Shown here: positions 45,278 to 54,385 of the stretch, piece after piece
Numbering within the stretch: position 1 is the first letter of the stretch
How the letters are laid out: every line of letters starts with the position of its first letter
NCBI GenBank assembly: GCA_964372935.1
Contig: CAYJRF010000002.1
Span: forward strand, 24,330-88,329
Direction of reading: 5' to 3'
Source: an uncultured Candidatus Saccharibacteria bacterium
Lineage (GTDB): Bacteria; Patescibacteriota; UBA1384; 2-12-FULL-50-11; DASWYB01
Length of the DNA: 64,000 nt
Program-made: the position numbers and the translations under genes
Notes under the pieces: model-generated
The model's input: only the letters and a program-made list of their open reading frames with translations
What the model was told of the DNA's origin: nothing
Databases searched by the model: none

Positions 45278-45885
45278 CGTATTTTTTCCTCGGGCCGCCA
45301 GCTTCGGGCAAAGGGACACAGGCAGGGTTGTTAGCCAGCGCCTTAGTTATTCCGGCCTTTAGCGTTGGAGCCCTGCTCCGAGAACAGAGTCGTCAACGGC
45401 CGGATATCGCGGCCATTCTGGCGCGTGGCGGAGTAGTTCCGGCGCGAGTAGTTCTCGACATATTTCACCGATTGCATGGTCAATATCCCAATAACTTGAT
45501 TATTGACGGCGCCTGTCGCACCGCCGATCAAGTTGACGCGGTGGCCCAAATCTGGGATCACGAACAGGCGGTATTTCTGTTTCTTGATCTTGACGAAGCC
45601 GCAATATACGAGCGGATTCGCGGACGACTGGACACCTCGGACAATCCCCGAAGTGACGATATCCCCGTGGTGATTGAGCAACGTCTCGCCGAATATCGCC
45701 ACCATAATCAAGCGATTCTTGACCGGTTGGCTGATTACCGCATGACGGTCTGCCACTTTGACGCCAGCCAGACGCCCGACCAAATTCATGCCGCGATTTT
45801 GGATCGATTGGCGTCTCTGCCGCGACACGACACCGTAATCCATCCAGAGAAAATTGATGCGCCTAAGTCCCAAGAGTCCCTCTGA
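45274..45885 (+). CDS. adk: Adenylate kinase (short form)
   Basis: GPPASGKGTQA P-loop. Confidence 0.8.
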   Translation: MTYFFLGPPASGKGTQAGLLASALVIPAFSVGALLREQSRQRPDIAAILARGGVVPARVVLDIFHRLHGQYPNNLIIDGACRTADQVDAVAQIWDHEQAVFLFLDLDEAAIYERIRGRLDTSDNPRSDDIPVVIEQRLAEYRHHNQAILDRLADYRMTVCHFDASQTPDQIHAAILDRLASLPRHDTVIHPEKIDAPKSQESL

Positions 45886-46636
45886 ACTCGAGGCGATGCG
45901 CGCCTCGGGAAAAATTCTTAACACCGTACTCGCCGCCGCGTCTCGTTGTATCGCTCCCAACTTAAAACTTACCGATCTCGACGCTGAAATTGATCGTCTG
46001 ATCCGTCAAGCCCACGCCCGGCCATCTTTCTTGGGTTATAAAAATTATCCGGCATCATCGTGCTTATCGGTCAATTCGGTTGTCGTTCACGGCATTCCGG
46101 ATGATTATCGTCTCCTCCAAGGGGACATTGTGGGAGTTGATGTGGGAGTATTATTCGATGGCTACCATACCGACGCCGCTTTTACCCAGGGAGTGGGCGC
46201 TATAACATCCGACGCCACACGACTGCTGAAAGTAACTCAAGCCGCCCTGGCCGTCGCTCTCGAGGCGGCGATTGCCGGCAATAAGGTGCGCGACATCGGC
46301 GATACCATCGAGGCCTATGTCCGCCAACAGGGAGAGTACGGCATCATCCGCGATTTAAGCGGCCATGGTGTCGGGCAAAATTTGTGGGAACAGCCCTCGA
46401 TTCCAAATTATGTCAACTCAATGTCCGCCGAACTGATTAACGGCCTCACCTTGGCGATTGAGCCGATGATCAGTCTAGGAGACTGGCGAGTGGCCATCGA
46501 CCCCGACGGTTGGACCATCCGCACGCGCGACGGTAGCTTGGCGGCCCAATTCGAAACCACGATTATCATTGACGATAATTCGCCGGAAATTCTTGTGGAC
46601 TGGCCACTCCAAAACCGCACCAAGAGTCAAGAATAA
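45857..46636 (+). CDS. map: Methionine aminopeptidase type I
   Basis: SPSELEAMRASGKIL...; metal ligands D..D..H..E..E spaced as in MetAP. Confidence 0.9.
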   Translation: MRLSPKSPSELEAMRASGKILNTVLAAASRCIAPNLKLTDLDAEIDRLIRQAHARPSFLGYKNYPASSCLSVNSVVVHGIPDDYRLLQGDIVGVDVGVLFDGYHTDAAFTQGVGAITSDATRLLKVTQAALAVALEAAIAGNKVRDIGDTIEAYVRQQGEYGIIRDLSGHGVGQNLWEQPSIPNYVNSMSAELINGLTLAIEPMISLGDWRVAIDPDGWTIRTRDGSLAAQFETTIIIDDNSPEILVDWPLQNRTKSQE

Positions 46637-46915
46637 AAATGATCTCATAAAAAATCAGCCAGTGTGACATGCGCTTTCGTAAAAAAAGGAGTTATATGAT
46701 CGAAAATGCCGGTCGACGTCAAGACGATTATTGCGGGATTTGGTCAAAGCAATTCGCTGACGTTGCCGTGATGGAATCCGCACCCAACACCGCCTCATCA
46801 CCACCAGACAAAGAGCCATCAGCCCGAGATGACGCAAGTCAACCGAACCCGGACAATCTCAATTGATCATTGATGCTGTGGCTCAACCATTCGCCAATCG
46901 TTGCCGGCGCGACAT

Positions 46916-46944
46916 TTGACGCTCCTGAAAGAGTATGTTAAAAT
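46916..46944 (+). promoter_or_regulatory. Near-consensus promoter TTGACG-17-(TGt)TAAAAT for infA
   Basis: Extended -10 TGtTAAAAT. ATG 11 nt downstream, so a very short leader. Confidence 0.5.
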
Positions 46945-46955
46945 GACAGGGTAGC

Positions 46956-47222
46956 ATGGAGAAAGATGTCATTGAATTCGACGGCGTCGTTGTTGGTGTT
47001 CTTCCGGATATGAATTTCAAAGTTGATCTCGACAACAACGCGGTGGTACGCGGGTACCTAGCCGGTAGCATGAAGCGCAATAAAATCCGGGTCCTTCTGG
47101 GCGACCGAGTTAGAATGGAGTTCTCAATCTACGACATGACCAAAGGTCGCGTCACGAGACGCCTGGCTCCGATAGACAAGACTTTACCGAGGAGAGAGAA
47201 TGAAAGTCCGTCCGTCAGTTAA
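46956..47222 (+). CDS. infA: Translation initiation factor IF-1, with a short C-terminal extension
   Basis: S1-like fold, [18 protein letters not shown]. Confidence 0.9.
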   Translation: MEKDVIEFDGVVVGVLPDMNFKVDLDNNAVVRGYLAGSMKRNKIRVLLGDRVRMEFSIYDMTKGRVTRRLAPIDKTLPRRENESPSVS

Positions 47223-47316
47223 AACAATCTGCTCCAGTTGTCAGGTGGTTAAGCGAGGCGGCGTTAACCGCGTTATTTGTCGTGTTAACCCGCGTCATAA
47301 GCAACGGCAGGGATAG
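47200..47316 (+). CDS. rpmJ: 50S ribosomal protein L36 (38 aa; below the ORF-track cutoff)
   Basis: [38 protein letters not shown], a zinc ribbon. Overlaps the infA end. Confidence 0.85.
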   Translation: MKVRPSVKTICSSCQVVKRGGVNRVICRVNPRHKQRQG

Positions 47317-47328
47317 ACCGGTTAAGTC

Positions 47329-47715
47329 ATGGTGCGGATTGCCGGAGTTAATATCAACGAGAAAAAGCGACTCGCGGTCGCCTTGACCGGTATTTATGGT
47401 GTCGGTCCAACCACGGCACGCAAGATTCTCTTCGCCTGCAACTTGACGAGCAACCCCCGCGCCAAAGACCTTACCGACCAAGAGACTGAACGCGTCCGGG
47501 CCTATGTCGACAAAGCGCTCAAAGTTGAAAGCGACGCGAAGATTATCGTGACTCGAAACATCAAACGCTTGCGAGAAATCAACGCCTATCGCGGTCTGCG
47601 CCATGCCGCCGGCCTGCCGGTGCGAGGACAACGTACGAAAACCAACGCCCGCACCCGCAAAGGTCCGCGTCACACCATGGGTTCGGGACGCAAAAAATCC
47701 GCCGCCAAAACCTAA
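47329..47715 (+). CDS. rpsM: 30S ribosomal protein S13
   Basis: MVRIAGVNI...GLPVRGQRTKTNARTRKG. Confidence 0.95.
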   Translation: MVRIAGVNINEKKRLAVALTGIYGVGPTTARKILFACNLTSNPRAKDLTDQETERVRAYVDKALKVESDAKIIVTRNIKRLREINAYRGLRHAAGLPVRGQRTKTNARTRKGPRHTMGSGRKKSAAKT

Positions 47716-47739
47716 TTTTAATCACCAAAACCAAACATC

Positions 47740-48123
47740 ATGGCTCAACCAACTCGTCGAAAAAAAACCGTCAGCCTCGTCCCCAAAGGTCGAGTGTACG
47801 TCCAATCAACTTTTAACAACACCCTCCTCTCGCTAACGGATAATTTGGGAAATGTTATCGGCTGGGAAACGGCCGGACATGCCGGTTTTAAGGGGACCCG
47901 CAAGTCTACGCCCTACGCCGCCCAAGTGGCCATGCGTTCAATTATCGAAAAAGCCGTCGCGGTTAAAATGGAAGAAGTCGAGGTCTATGTTAAAGGCGTT
48001 GGCTCCGGTCGCGAATCGGCAGTGCGCGGATTGCAAGGCAGCGGACTCACGGTAACTCAAATCAAGGACGTTACGCCGATTCCTCATGGTGGTGTCCGAC
48101 CGAAAAAGCCGCGTCGCGTTTAG
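47740..48123 (+). CDS. rpsK: 30S ribosomal protein S11
   Basis: Typical S11. Confidence 0.95.
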   Translation: MAQPTRRKKTVSLVPKGRVYVQSTFNNTLLSLTDNLGNVIGWETAGHAGFKGTRKSTPYAAQVAMRSIIEKAVAVKMEEVEVYVKGVGSGRESAVRGLQGSGLTVTQIKDVTPIPHGGVRPKKPRRV

Positions 48124-48134
48124 GTCAAAAATAT

Positions 48135-48698
48135 ATGTCCCCAGACATCGCTCCAAAACTAACCGCCTACTCATCCAGTCAGCCCACGACACCGGCTGGT
48201 GGCCCGCAACGTCGGCCTGGCATGGGACCGCGAGGCCGTAAAAAAAGTGATTATGGCCACCAATTGGCGGAAAAGCAAAAAGCGCGGAAAGAATATAATC
48301 TCCGTGAAGCCCAGTTCCGCAACTATTTTAAGCGCTCGCTCAAATCATCGGTTGAAACTGGCCAGGCTCTTTTTACCGCTCTTGAGCGTCGACTAGACAA
48401 CGTCGTCTATCGTTCCGGGTTGGCCAAAACGCGCCGAATGGGACGGCAGATGGTCACCCACGGTCACATTGAAGTTAATAATCGCCGGCTCACGATTCCC
48501 AGTTACCAACTCAAACCGAAAGACTATGTGGCACTTCGCGCGTCAGCGAACTTTGAGTATAATCCGGATGCCGTTGTACCGAACTGGCTAAGCGTCTCAA
48601 TAGAAAAGTCGTCCGCCACGGTCGATCGGTTGCCTAAGGCGGATGACTTGGCAAGCGACCTCAATACTCAATTGATTATTGAGTACTACAGCCGATAA
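48135..48698 (+). CDS. rpsD: 30S ribosomal protein S4 (divergent N-terminus)
   Basis: S4 domain LERRLDNVVYRSGLA... Confidence 0.9.
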   Translation: MSPDIAPKLTAYSSSQPTTPAGGPQRRPGMGPRGRKKSDYGHQLAEKQKARKEYNLREAQFRNYFKRSLKSSVETGQALFTALERRLDNVVYRSGLAKTRRMGRQMVTHGHIEVNNRRLTIPSYQLKPKDYVALRASANFEYNPDAVVPNWLSVSIEKSSATVDRLPKADDLASDLNTQLIIEYYSR

Positions 48699-48767
48699 CA
48701 AACATTCCGAATGAATTCCCATCCGCAACGCGGGGCTGTAATGGGAAGATGACGGAAAGGAGAAACA

Positions 48768-49598
48768 ATGACCCATATTCTCTCTGACACGGAACTGCTG
48801 ACGATTAAACTAATTGCCGAACAAGACAACCAAGCAACATTCGAAATTGAGCCTCTGTCTCCGGGTTTTGGGGTGACAATCGGTAATTCCCTGCGTCGAA
48901 TTCTTTTGAGTTCACTTAATGGCGCCGCAATTACTTCGGTTCGCGTTGATGGCATTACTCACGAGTTCACGACTATCCCGGGGATGCGCGAAGACGTCGT
49001 CAGTCTAATTATCAACCTTAAGCGATTGCGGATGCGTTTGCATGGGACCGAACCCGTCAGTTTGATCTTGCAAAAAAAAGGCGCGGGAACAATCACCGCG
49101 GCAGATTTCAAACCCAACCCGGCAGTGGAATTCATTACGCTTGATCAGCCTATTGCCAATCTAGACCGTGGCGCCAATCTAAGTATGGAGGTCGAAGTAC
49201 AGACTGGGCGCGGGTACAGCCCGGTGGAAGCACGGCGAGACGATAAACTGCCCCTCGGAACAATCGCTATCGATAGTATTTTTTCTCCCGTAACGAGAGT
49301 TACCTACGAGATCGAGCACACTCGAGTAGGCAAACTGACCAATTACGACAAGCTCATTATGGTAATTTCTACCGACGGCTCTATCGCGCCCCAATCGGCG
49401 CTCCAAACGGCGGCCAAAATTGCGGTTGAGCACTTCGCAATCATTGGTGGCATTGATACCCAAACGCCGACGGAGCCGGACGTGATTGACTCGCCAGCCG
49501 ATGGATTAGGCCCTAACTCACCGAACCCAGATGACGATCAAGCGCCATCACCGAAGCGAAGAAGTCGAGTTAAAGACAGCACCAAGGCTTTAACATGA
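48768..49598 (+). CDS. rpoA: RNA polymerase alpha subunit, NTD only; the C-terminal 45 aa are low-complexity with no recognisable alpha-CTD
   Basis: Alpha-NTD motifs (GNSLRRILLSS). Tail TQTPTEPDVIDSPADGLGPNSPNPDDDQAPSPKRRSRVK. Confidence 0.85.
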   Translation: MTHILSDTELLTIKLIAEQDNQATFEIEPLSPGFGVTIGNSLRRILLSSLNGAAITSVRVDGITHEFTTIPGMREDVVSLIINLKRLRMRLHGTEPVSLILQKKGAGTITAADFKPNPAVEFITLDQPIANLDRGANLSMEVEVQTGRGYSPVEARRDDKLPLGTIAIDSIFSPVTRVTYEIEHTRVGKLTNYDKLIMVISTDGSIAPQSALQTAAKIAVEHFAIIGGIDTQTPTEPDVIDSPADGLGPNSPNPDDDQAPSPKRRSRVKDSTKALT

Positions 49599-50026
49599 CA
49601 AGACGCTCATTAGGACGCAAAAGCGACATCAGACGTCAACTTCTGCGCAATCTTGCCATATCGGTCATCCTTTACGAATCAGTCAAGACCACCGCCGCCA
49701 AGGCAAAAAGCGTTGCGCCAATTATCGATAGGCTGATTCGACTGGCCCAACGTCAGGATTCACTTACGGCCAATCGCACCCTGCGAGCCATTTTAAACCA
49801 CGAAAAAGCGGCCATAAAAATTCAACGCGAGCTCGTCAGTCGATACGGTCAACAGACCTCAGGCTTCGTTCGGCTAGTAAGTATTCCTCGACGATTGGGT
49901 GACCGCGCTGCCATGATGGTCATTCAACTAACCCGAAATATCGACGCTTTGAGCGAACCGGTGTCGCCATCTCCCGCCGCGTTAGCCAAGCCGGTGGCTT
50001 CAGCCGAGAAATTGAAGGCGCGATGA
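49595..50026 (+). CDS. rplQ: 50S ribosomal protein L17
   Basis: Typical L17. Confidence 0.95.
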   Translation: MTRRSLGRKSDIRRQLLRNLAISVILYESVKTTAAKAKSVAPIIDRLIRLAQRQDSLTANRTLRAILNHEKAAIKIQRELVSRYGQQTSGFVRLVSIPRRLGDRAAMMVIQLTRNIDALSEPVSPSPAALAKPVASAEKLKAR

Positions 50027-50406
50027 ACAAACTTCTTAATCGTAACGCCAACACCGGCGACACGGTGAACATTTCCGCCCAAGGAATGATTCTGGGACGG
50101 TTAGCGACTAGAGTGGCTAATATTTTGCGCGGTAAGGACTCGGTCTATTTTCAACCTCACTTGCTTTCCGGCCGACGAGTAGTAATTACTCATGCCGACA
50201 AAATTGTCGTTACCGGTAAAAAGTTGAGCCAGAAAATGTTCTATCGCCACAGCGGTTATCTCGGACATTTGCGCTCCGCCACCCTTCGCGACGAGCTCCA
50301 AACCCATCCCGCCGAAGTTATTCGGCATGCCGTCTCGGGGATGCTGCCGAATAATCGTCTCCGTCAACATTGGTTGGCTAATTTGACTATTAAGGACGGG
50401 GAGTGA
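50023..50406 (+). CDS. rplM: 50S ribosomal protein L13
   Basis: Typical L13. Confidence 0.95.
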   Translation: MNKLLNRNANTGDTVNISAQGMILGRLATRVANILRGKDSVYFQPHLLSGRRVVITHADKIVVTGKKLSQKMFYRHSGYLGHLRSATLRDELQTHPAEVIRHAVSGMLPNNRLRQHWLANLTIKDGE

Positions 50407-50795
50407 TCACGGCTCGTAACATCGCCAAGTCGGTCTATAGCGCCAGTGTCGGTCGCCGAAAAACCGCCGTCGCGACTGTTCGGCTCACCCAAGGATCCGG
50501 TCAGTTCACAATTAACAATGCCACGGCAACCCCAATCGCCGCATGGCTTGAACCGATCACATTAGTCGGAATGAACGGCAATTTTGATCTTTCGGTCGTA
50601 GTTCGCGGCGGCGGTATGGTCAGCCAAGGTGAGGCCATCACCTTGGGAATTGCTCGCGCCCTGTGCGCGTTTGACGAGACCTTAAAGCCAACGTTGCGCA
50701 AGGCGGGAATGTTAACGGTGAACGCGCGCGTTAAAGAGCGCAAAAAGCCCGGCTTAAAGCGCGCCCGCAAAGCGCCCCAGTGGTCTAAGCGTTAG
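50403..50795 (+). CDS. rpsI: 30S ribosomal protein S9
   Basis: C-terminal ...RKKPGLKRARKAPQWSKR. Confidence 0.95.
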   Translation: MITARNIAKSVYSASVGRRKTAVATVRLTQGSGQFTINNATATPIAAWLEPITLVGMNGNFDLSVVVRGGGMVSQGEAITLGIARALCAFDETLKPTLRKAGMLTVNARVKERKKPGLKRARKAPQWSKR

Positions 50796-50883
50796 AACCG
50801 GATATCTCTTTAATTCGATCTATCGGCTGTAATCTTCGCCACCCTATCGCAAAAAACGCTCGCGAGGGTCTACTCCATCGCAA

Positions 50884-51402
50884 TTAGCACGGAAGGTAGT
50901 TACCAAGGATCGCCTTTAGGCGGCGCGATTGAACGGACGTCATTGCCGCCAGACTGCCAATTGTGGCGATTGCCAGAGCTATTCCCAATGGGCTAATCCC
51001 CGCCGGGGGCAGATTTTGTTTCTGACTTGTATCGACGTTTTGGGTCCGTTTGACACCGGCTGACGTTGACGGAATAAGTATATTTTGGGTTATGAGCACC
51101 GGCGATGGGGTGACACTCGCTGTCGTAGGCGTAACAGATGGCGTCGGCTTAGGGGTTGGAGTCGGGGTAGGCGAAGGTGAGGGCGTGGCCGCGGCAGTCG
51201 CATTAAACGCCAGAATGTTACTGACACTAGTTTCGGCCAATAAATTACCGGCCGGATTACAAAATGTTATCGGGTCGCCCAATGTGCAATAGGTGGCTCG
51301 TGTACCAGAATTAATAATGGTTAATCTTTGAGCCAGGGCGCGCGATCCGGCTATTGTCGTGACGGCGCAAGCCAAAGATAGGACAACAATTAGGCGTTTC
51401 AT
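50884..51402 (-). CDS. Putative sortase-sorted surface protein: signal peptide, small Cys-containing domain, Pro/Thr-rich stalk and a C-terminal LPPAG + TM + RRLK sorting signal
   Basis: MKRLIVVLSLACAVTTIAGSRALA; PSPSPTPTPTPKPTPSVTPTT; ...NLPPAGISPLGIALAIATIGSLAAMTSVQSRRLKA. Confidence 0.45.
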   Translation of the reverse strand: MKRLIVVLSLACAVTTIAGSRALAQRLTIINSGTRATYCTLGDPITFCNPAGNLLAETSVSNILAFNATAAATPSPSPTPTPTPKPTPSVTPTTASVTPSPVLITQNILIPSTSAGVKRTQNVDTSQKQNLPPAGISPLGIALAIATIGSLAAMTSVQSRRLKAILGNYLPC

Positions 51403-51606
51403 GGTGAACCGTTCGTTGATCATTACGGGCATAATATCGCAATATAACTTATTAGTCAACTGAATAATGAGGTTTTGAAATTTTACTTAGTTACCCAAGT
51501 CCCAGCGTAGCGATTTGACGAGCGTTAACGCCATGTGCTACGGTTGATTCGCTAGAAAGCGCGTTCTCTAGTCTGCCGGAAATAAACCCAGAATTGATGT
51601 CGCCAA

Positions 51607-52323
51607 GTGCCCGACACTGAAGCTCTGTTAGTCGAACGTCGTTTAATTGCCCAGTCAACGTACGAGCTGTCGTTTGATGTCTCGGGTTGTGGTTATGTTT
51701 TTCGACCGGGACAATACGCCGACTTCACGCTATCGTCCCACAAAAAATTGCCCGCCGAAGAGACGACCCGAACATTTTCTTTCGTTAATCCGTTTCAAGA
51801 TAATAATTTGCTTACTATTGCCTATCGCTACCGACCTTCGCCTTATAAACGCCGCTTGACGACGCTCCCGCTTGGGTCGAAAATTACGATTACTTCGGCG
51901 ATCGGCGCGTTCGACTTTCCGGCCGACCACAACCAGCCGGTGGTATGTATCGCCGGCGGCATCGGCATCGTGCCATTTATGAGTCTAATCGCCGACTCGA
52001 TTAATCGATTACCGCGACCTATAATACTCTTTTATAGCAACCAAACATTAGCCCGCGCGGCCTACTTAAACCGTCTTGTGCCCTGGCATGAGACCAGTCG
52101 ACTGAAACTGATCATGGCAATCACCCGTCAACAATGTTCCGAGGCAACGATCTTATCGCGTCGCCTCGAGCGAAAGAGCCTTATTGCCCACGCGCCAAAC
52201 TACGCTAAGGCGATTTTCTACATCGCCGGTCCGCCCCATATGACCGCCGACATGACCGAACTGGTAGCCAATCTCGGTGTGCCCCTGCCGCATATTCACG
52301 TAGAGGCCTTCAGCGGCTATTGA
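51607..52323 (+). CDS. FNR-like FAD/NAD(P)-binding oxidoreductase
   Basis: RTFSF (RxYS-type FAD motif) and VCIAGGIGIVPFMSLI NAD(P)-binding motif. Confidence 0.55.
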   Translation: MPDTEALLVERRLIAQSTYELSFDVSGCGYVFRPGQYADFTLSSHKKLPAEETTRTFSFVNPFQDNNLLTIAYRYRPSPYKRRLTTLPLGSKITITSAIGAFDFPADHNQPVVCIAGGIGIVPFMSLIADSINRLPRPIILFYSNQTLARAAYLNRLVPWHETSRLKLIMAITRQQCSEATILSRRLERKSLIAHAPNYAKAIFYIAGPPHMTADMTELVANLGVPLPHIHVEAFSGY

Positions 52324-52351
52324 CGCCCGGCGGCTAAAGCAATAACTTGTG

Positions 52352-52380
52352 TTGACAACGGCAAAGACGGAGGTCATACT
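52352..52380 (+). promoter_or_regulatory. Promoter-like TTGACA-17-CATACT facing a gene-free, highly structured 350-nt region
   Basis: Hexamers at 52352-52357 and 52375-52380. Followed by an AGGAGG SD, a 2-codon mini-ORF and overlapping alternative hairpins. Confidence 0.3.
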
Positions 52381-52758
52381 TGAAGAGCGCAATAAGGAGG
52401 GTTTATTGTACTGACTTATTGCCATTAAGTCAGGCTGGGCATCGGTTGTCGCCAAGCGAGAGCGGTACCCTCGCGCTACGATCTTGCGTTATACGACAAG
52501 CCGTGTCGCCCGACTGACGGTACGTTGGATAGGAGGTGACTGCCAACGTAGCAGTCCCTCGGGGAAACGTTGATCACGTTGCCAGTGATTTAGTCAGCGA
52601 CGGTTCGACGTTGCTTGGTACCCCACCAAGAACAAAAACGTCTGGCGGTCCAGCGAATGCGACGGGATTACGTTGAAAACCGTCGTCTATCGCGCCCAGA
52701 CGCCCGCGCGGCGGCCGAGCCTCATTGATGACTCGGCTGTTTTTGTGCTTATTTTCGC

Positions 52759-53898
52759 TTACCGTAAACTAAACGCCTTCGTGCGCATCCAATCTGCCGT
52801 GGTCATGTTCCCGATATTCGGACCGACAACATCCTTAATCGTTTCGATTGCCATCGCCTCGGTGATATCGTTGCCGCGCTGTTTTTGAGCGTATATCTTT
52901 TCGTTGAAGGCCTTAAAAAAGTTGGCGTCGGCTCGATATAGTTGATACCACCCGAAGCCGCACAACTGGTAATCTCGAGCAACATTCGGGCCGGTGTAGA
53001 ATAGGGCGGCATCGCGCGGCACGATATTCGGGTCATGGAGATAATCGTCAGTGGAGATTCTGATGTAGAGAGGCGAGAAGGGGACAATTTTTTTTTGGGA
53101 GATTAAACGCGCCATCACCGCATCGGTCGCGGCCACAGTAATGCCTTCCTCAAATGCCGGCGGGTCCAGAACCGCCAAGCCGTGAAAGGCGTGAATAATC
53201 TCGTGAATCACGGCATTGACCTCGTCAAAATTGCTGGAATCAAAATCTTTCAGTTTGATCGTCAAGACCAATCCCTGTTTACTGTTGACAATATCTATCT
53301 CGGCGGCAGCGTTGGGAAGGGCTAAGGCGTTGACGAAACTAATCGTCACCGAATTAAGAAGATACGGCCGGCTGTAAATCTCTTCGATGACATCGTAGGC
53401 ATTGGTTACCAGATCCTTGACGGCGTTTTTTTTAGTTTCGACATTCGATAACGTGCTCGACTCGACTTGAAAGTTAAACAGCGGTGGCCGAACTCGTAAT
53501 TTTGTCAGTTCAGAGGCGTTCGCGCTCAGTTGCGACAATTGCTCTTTAATTTTTTTGTCCGAGGCGGCAAGCTCGCGGTCTTTCGTTTCGAGATCCTGAT
53601 TGGCCTGCGACAATTGAGACTGTTTTACCGTCAGCTCGGCCGCGCTATCGGCTAATTCCCGCTGTTTTGCCGCCAGTTCTCGGTCAGCTTCTGTGATTTG
53701 TTGTTTGAGGCTATGAGAAACAGTTATTTCGGTCTTTAACTCGGTATCAATATACTGAATCTCGAAAAAGTTCTTCATCCGTTCAATCGCAAAGACCGAC
53801 GCTAACCCAATCACCCCTGATACTAGGCTGGCGATTACCCCGAAATACACCATGCCGGTCAACTGGTTGAAACAAGGTTTGGACCAAAACTGACCCAT
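52759..53898 (-). CDS. Membrane-anchored coiled-coil protein with a C-terminal HExxH putative zinc metallopeptidase domain
   Basis: N-terminal TM, ~90-aa heptad-rich Q/E/L segment, then HEIIHAFHG with a downstream Glu (FEEG). Confidence 0.5.
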   Translation of the reverse strand: MGQFWSKPCFNQLTGMVYFGVIASLVSGVIGLASVFAIERMKNFFEIQYIDTELKTEITVSHSLKQQITEADRELAAKQRELADSAAELTVKQSQLSQANQDLETKDRELAASDKKIKEQLSQLSANASELTKLRVRPPLFNFQVESSTLSNVETKKNAVKDLVTNAYDVIEEIYSRPYLLNSVTISFVNALALPNAAAEIDIVNSKQGLVLTIKLKDFDSSNFDEVNAVIHEIIHAFHGLAVLDPPAFEEGITVAATDAVMARLISQKKIVPFSPLYIRISTDDYLHDPNIVPRDAALFYTGPNVARDYQLCGFGWYQLYRADANFFKAFNEKIYAQKQRGNDITEAMAIETIKDVVGPNIGNMTTADWMRTKAFSLR

Positions 53899-54028
53899 GT
53901 TGTTACCCTACCACGCCGTCGTCGCCTATCGCTAGACTTCAAACGGCGATTAGACAGTTCGCCTTAGAGCGAAGACGCTCACGCTCTCGTTTGGTAGTGG
54001 CGTAACGGCCCATTTTTTGCTACCATAA

Positions 54029-54385
54029 ATGGCGGTGAATCAGATTCGACGCCAACAACTCAACGCTCACATCAAACGTCTCGTTAGCGAAGCCCTGCGC
54101 GAAATTAATCACGAGGAGTTTCACCACGCCGTCGTAACCGATCTAATGCTTAGCAACGACAATAAATCGGCTCGGGTCTGGGTGGCGGGATCGGATCGGT
54201 TGATTGCGCGCATCAACGCCGTCGCTCGACGGGAAATTCAGCGCTACGTTACTAAACGACTGGCGCGACGAACCGTGCCACGCCTAGAATTTATTCCCGA
54301 GACAGACACTCTGAACCGCGTCGATGTTCTGCTCGACCAACTAGAGAAGGAGCCCAAAAGTCATGACACCTCCCCAAAGATTTAG
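54029..54385 (+). CDS. rbfA: Ribosome-binding factor A
   Basis: KH-like RbfA pattern (RLVSEALREI...ARVWV...LARRTVPRLEFIPE). Confidence 0.75.
   Translation: MAVNQIRRQQLNAHIKRLVSEALREINHEEFHHAVVTDLMLSNDNKSARVWVAGSDRLIARINAVARREIQRYVTKRLARRTVPRLEFIPETDTLNRVDVLLDQLEKEPKSHDTSPKI

Noticed and set aside
45343-45960. 205-aa minus-strand ORF antisense to adk/map
   Set aside because: It overlaps two conserved genes and has no support.
52560-52640. GGTTCGACG motif reminiscent of the tmRNA 5' region or a tRNA T-arm
   Set aside because: The surrounding sequence cannot form an acceptor stem or T-loop (no GGTTCGANTCC with flanking complementarity). Spacing to any GGGG 5' end is wrong for tmRNA. No RNase P, SRP or 6S signature motifs were seen.
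52673-52888. 71-aa plus-strand ORF overlapping the 3' end of the HExxH gene
   Set aside because: It overlaps a better-supported minus-strand gene and has no SD.
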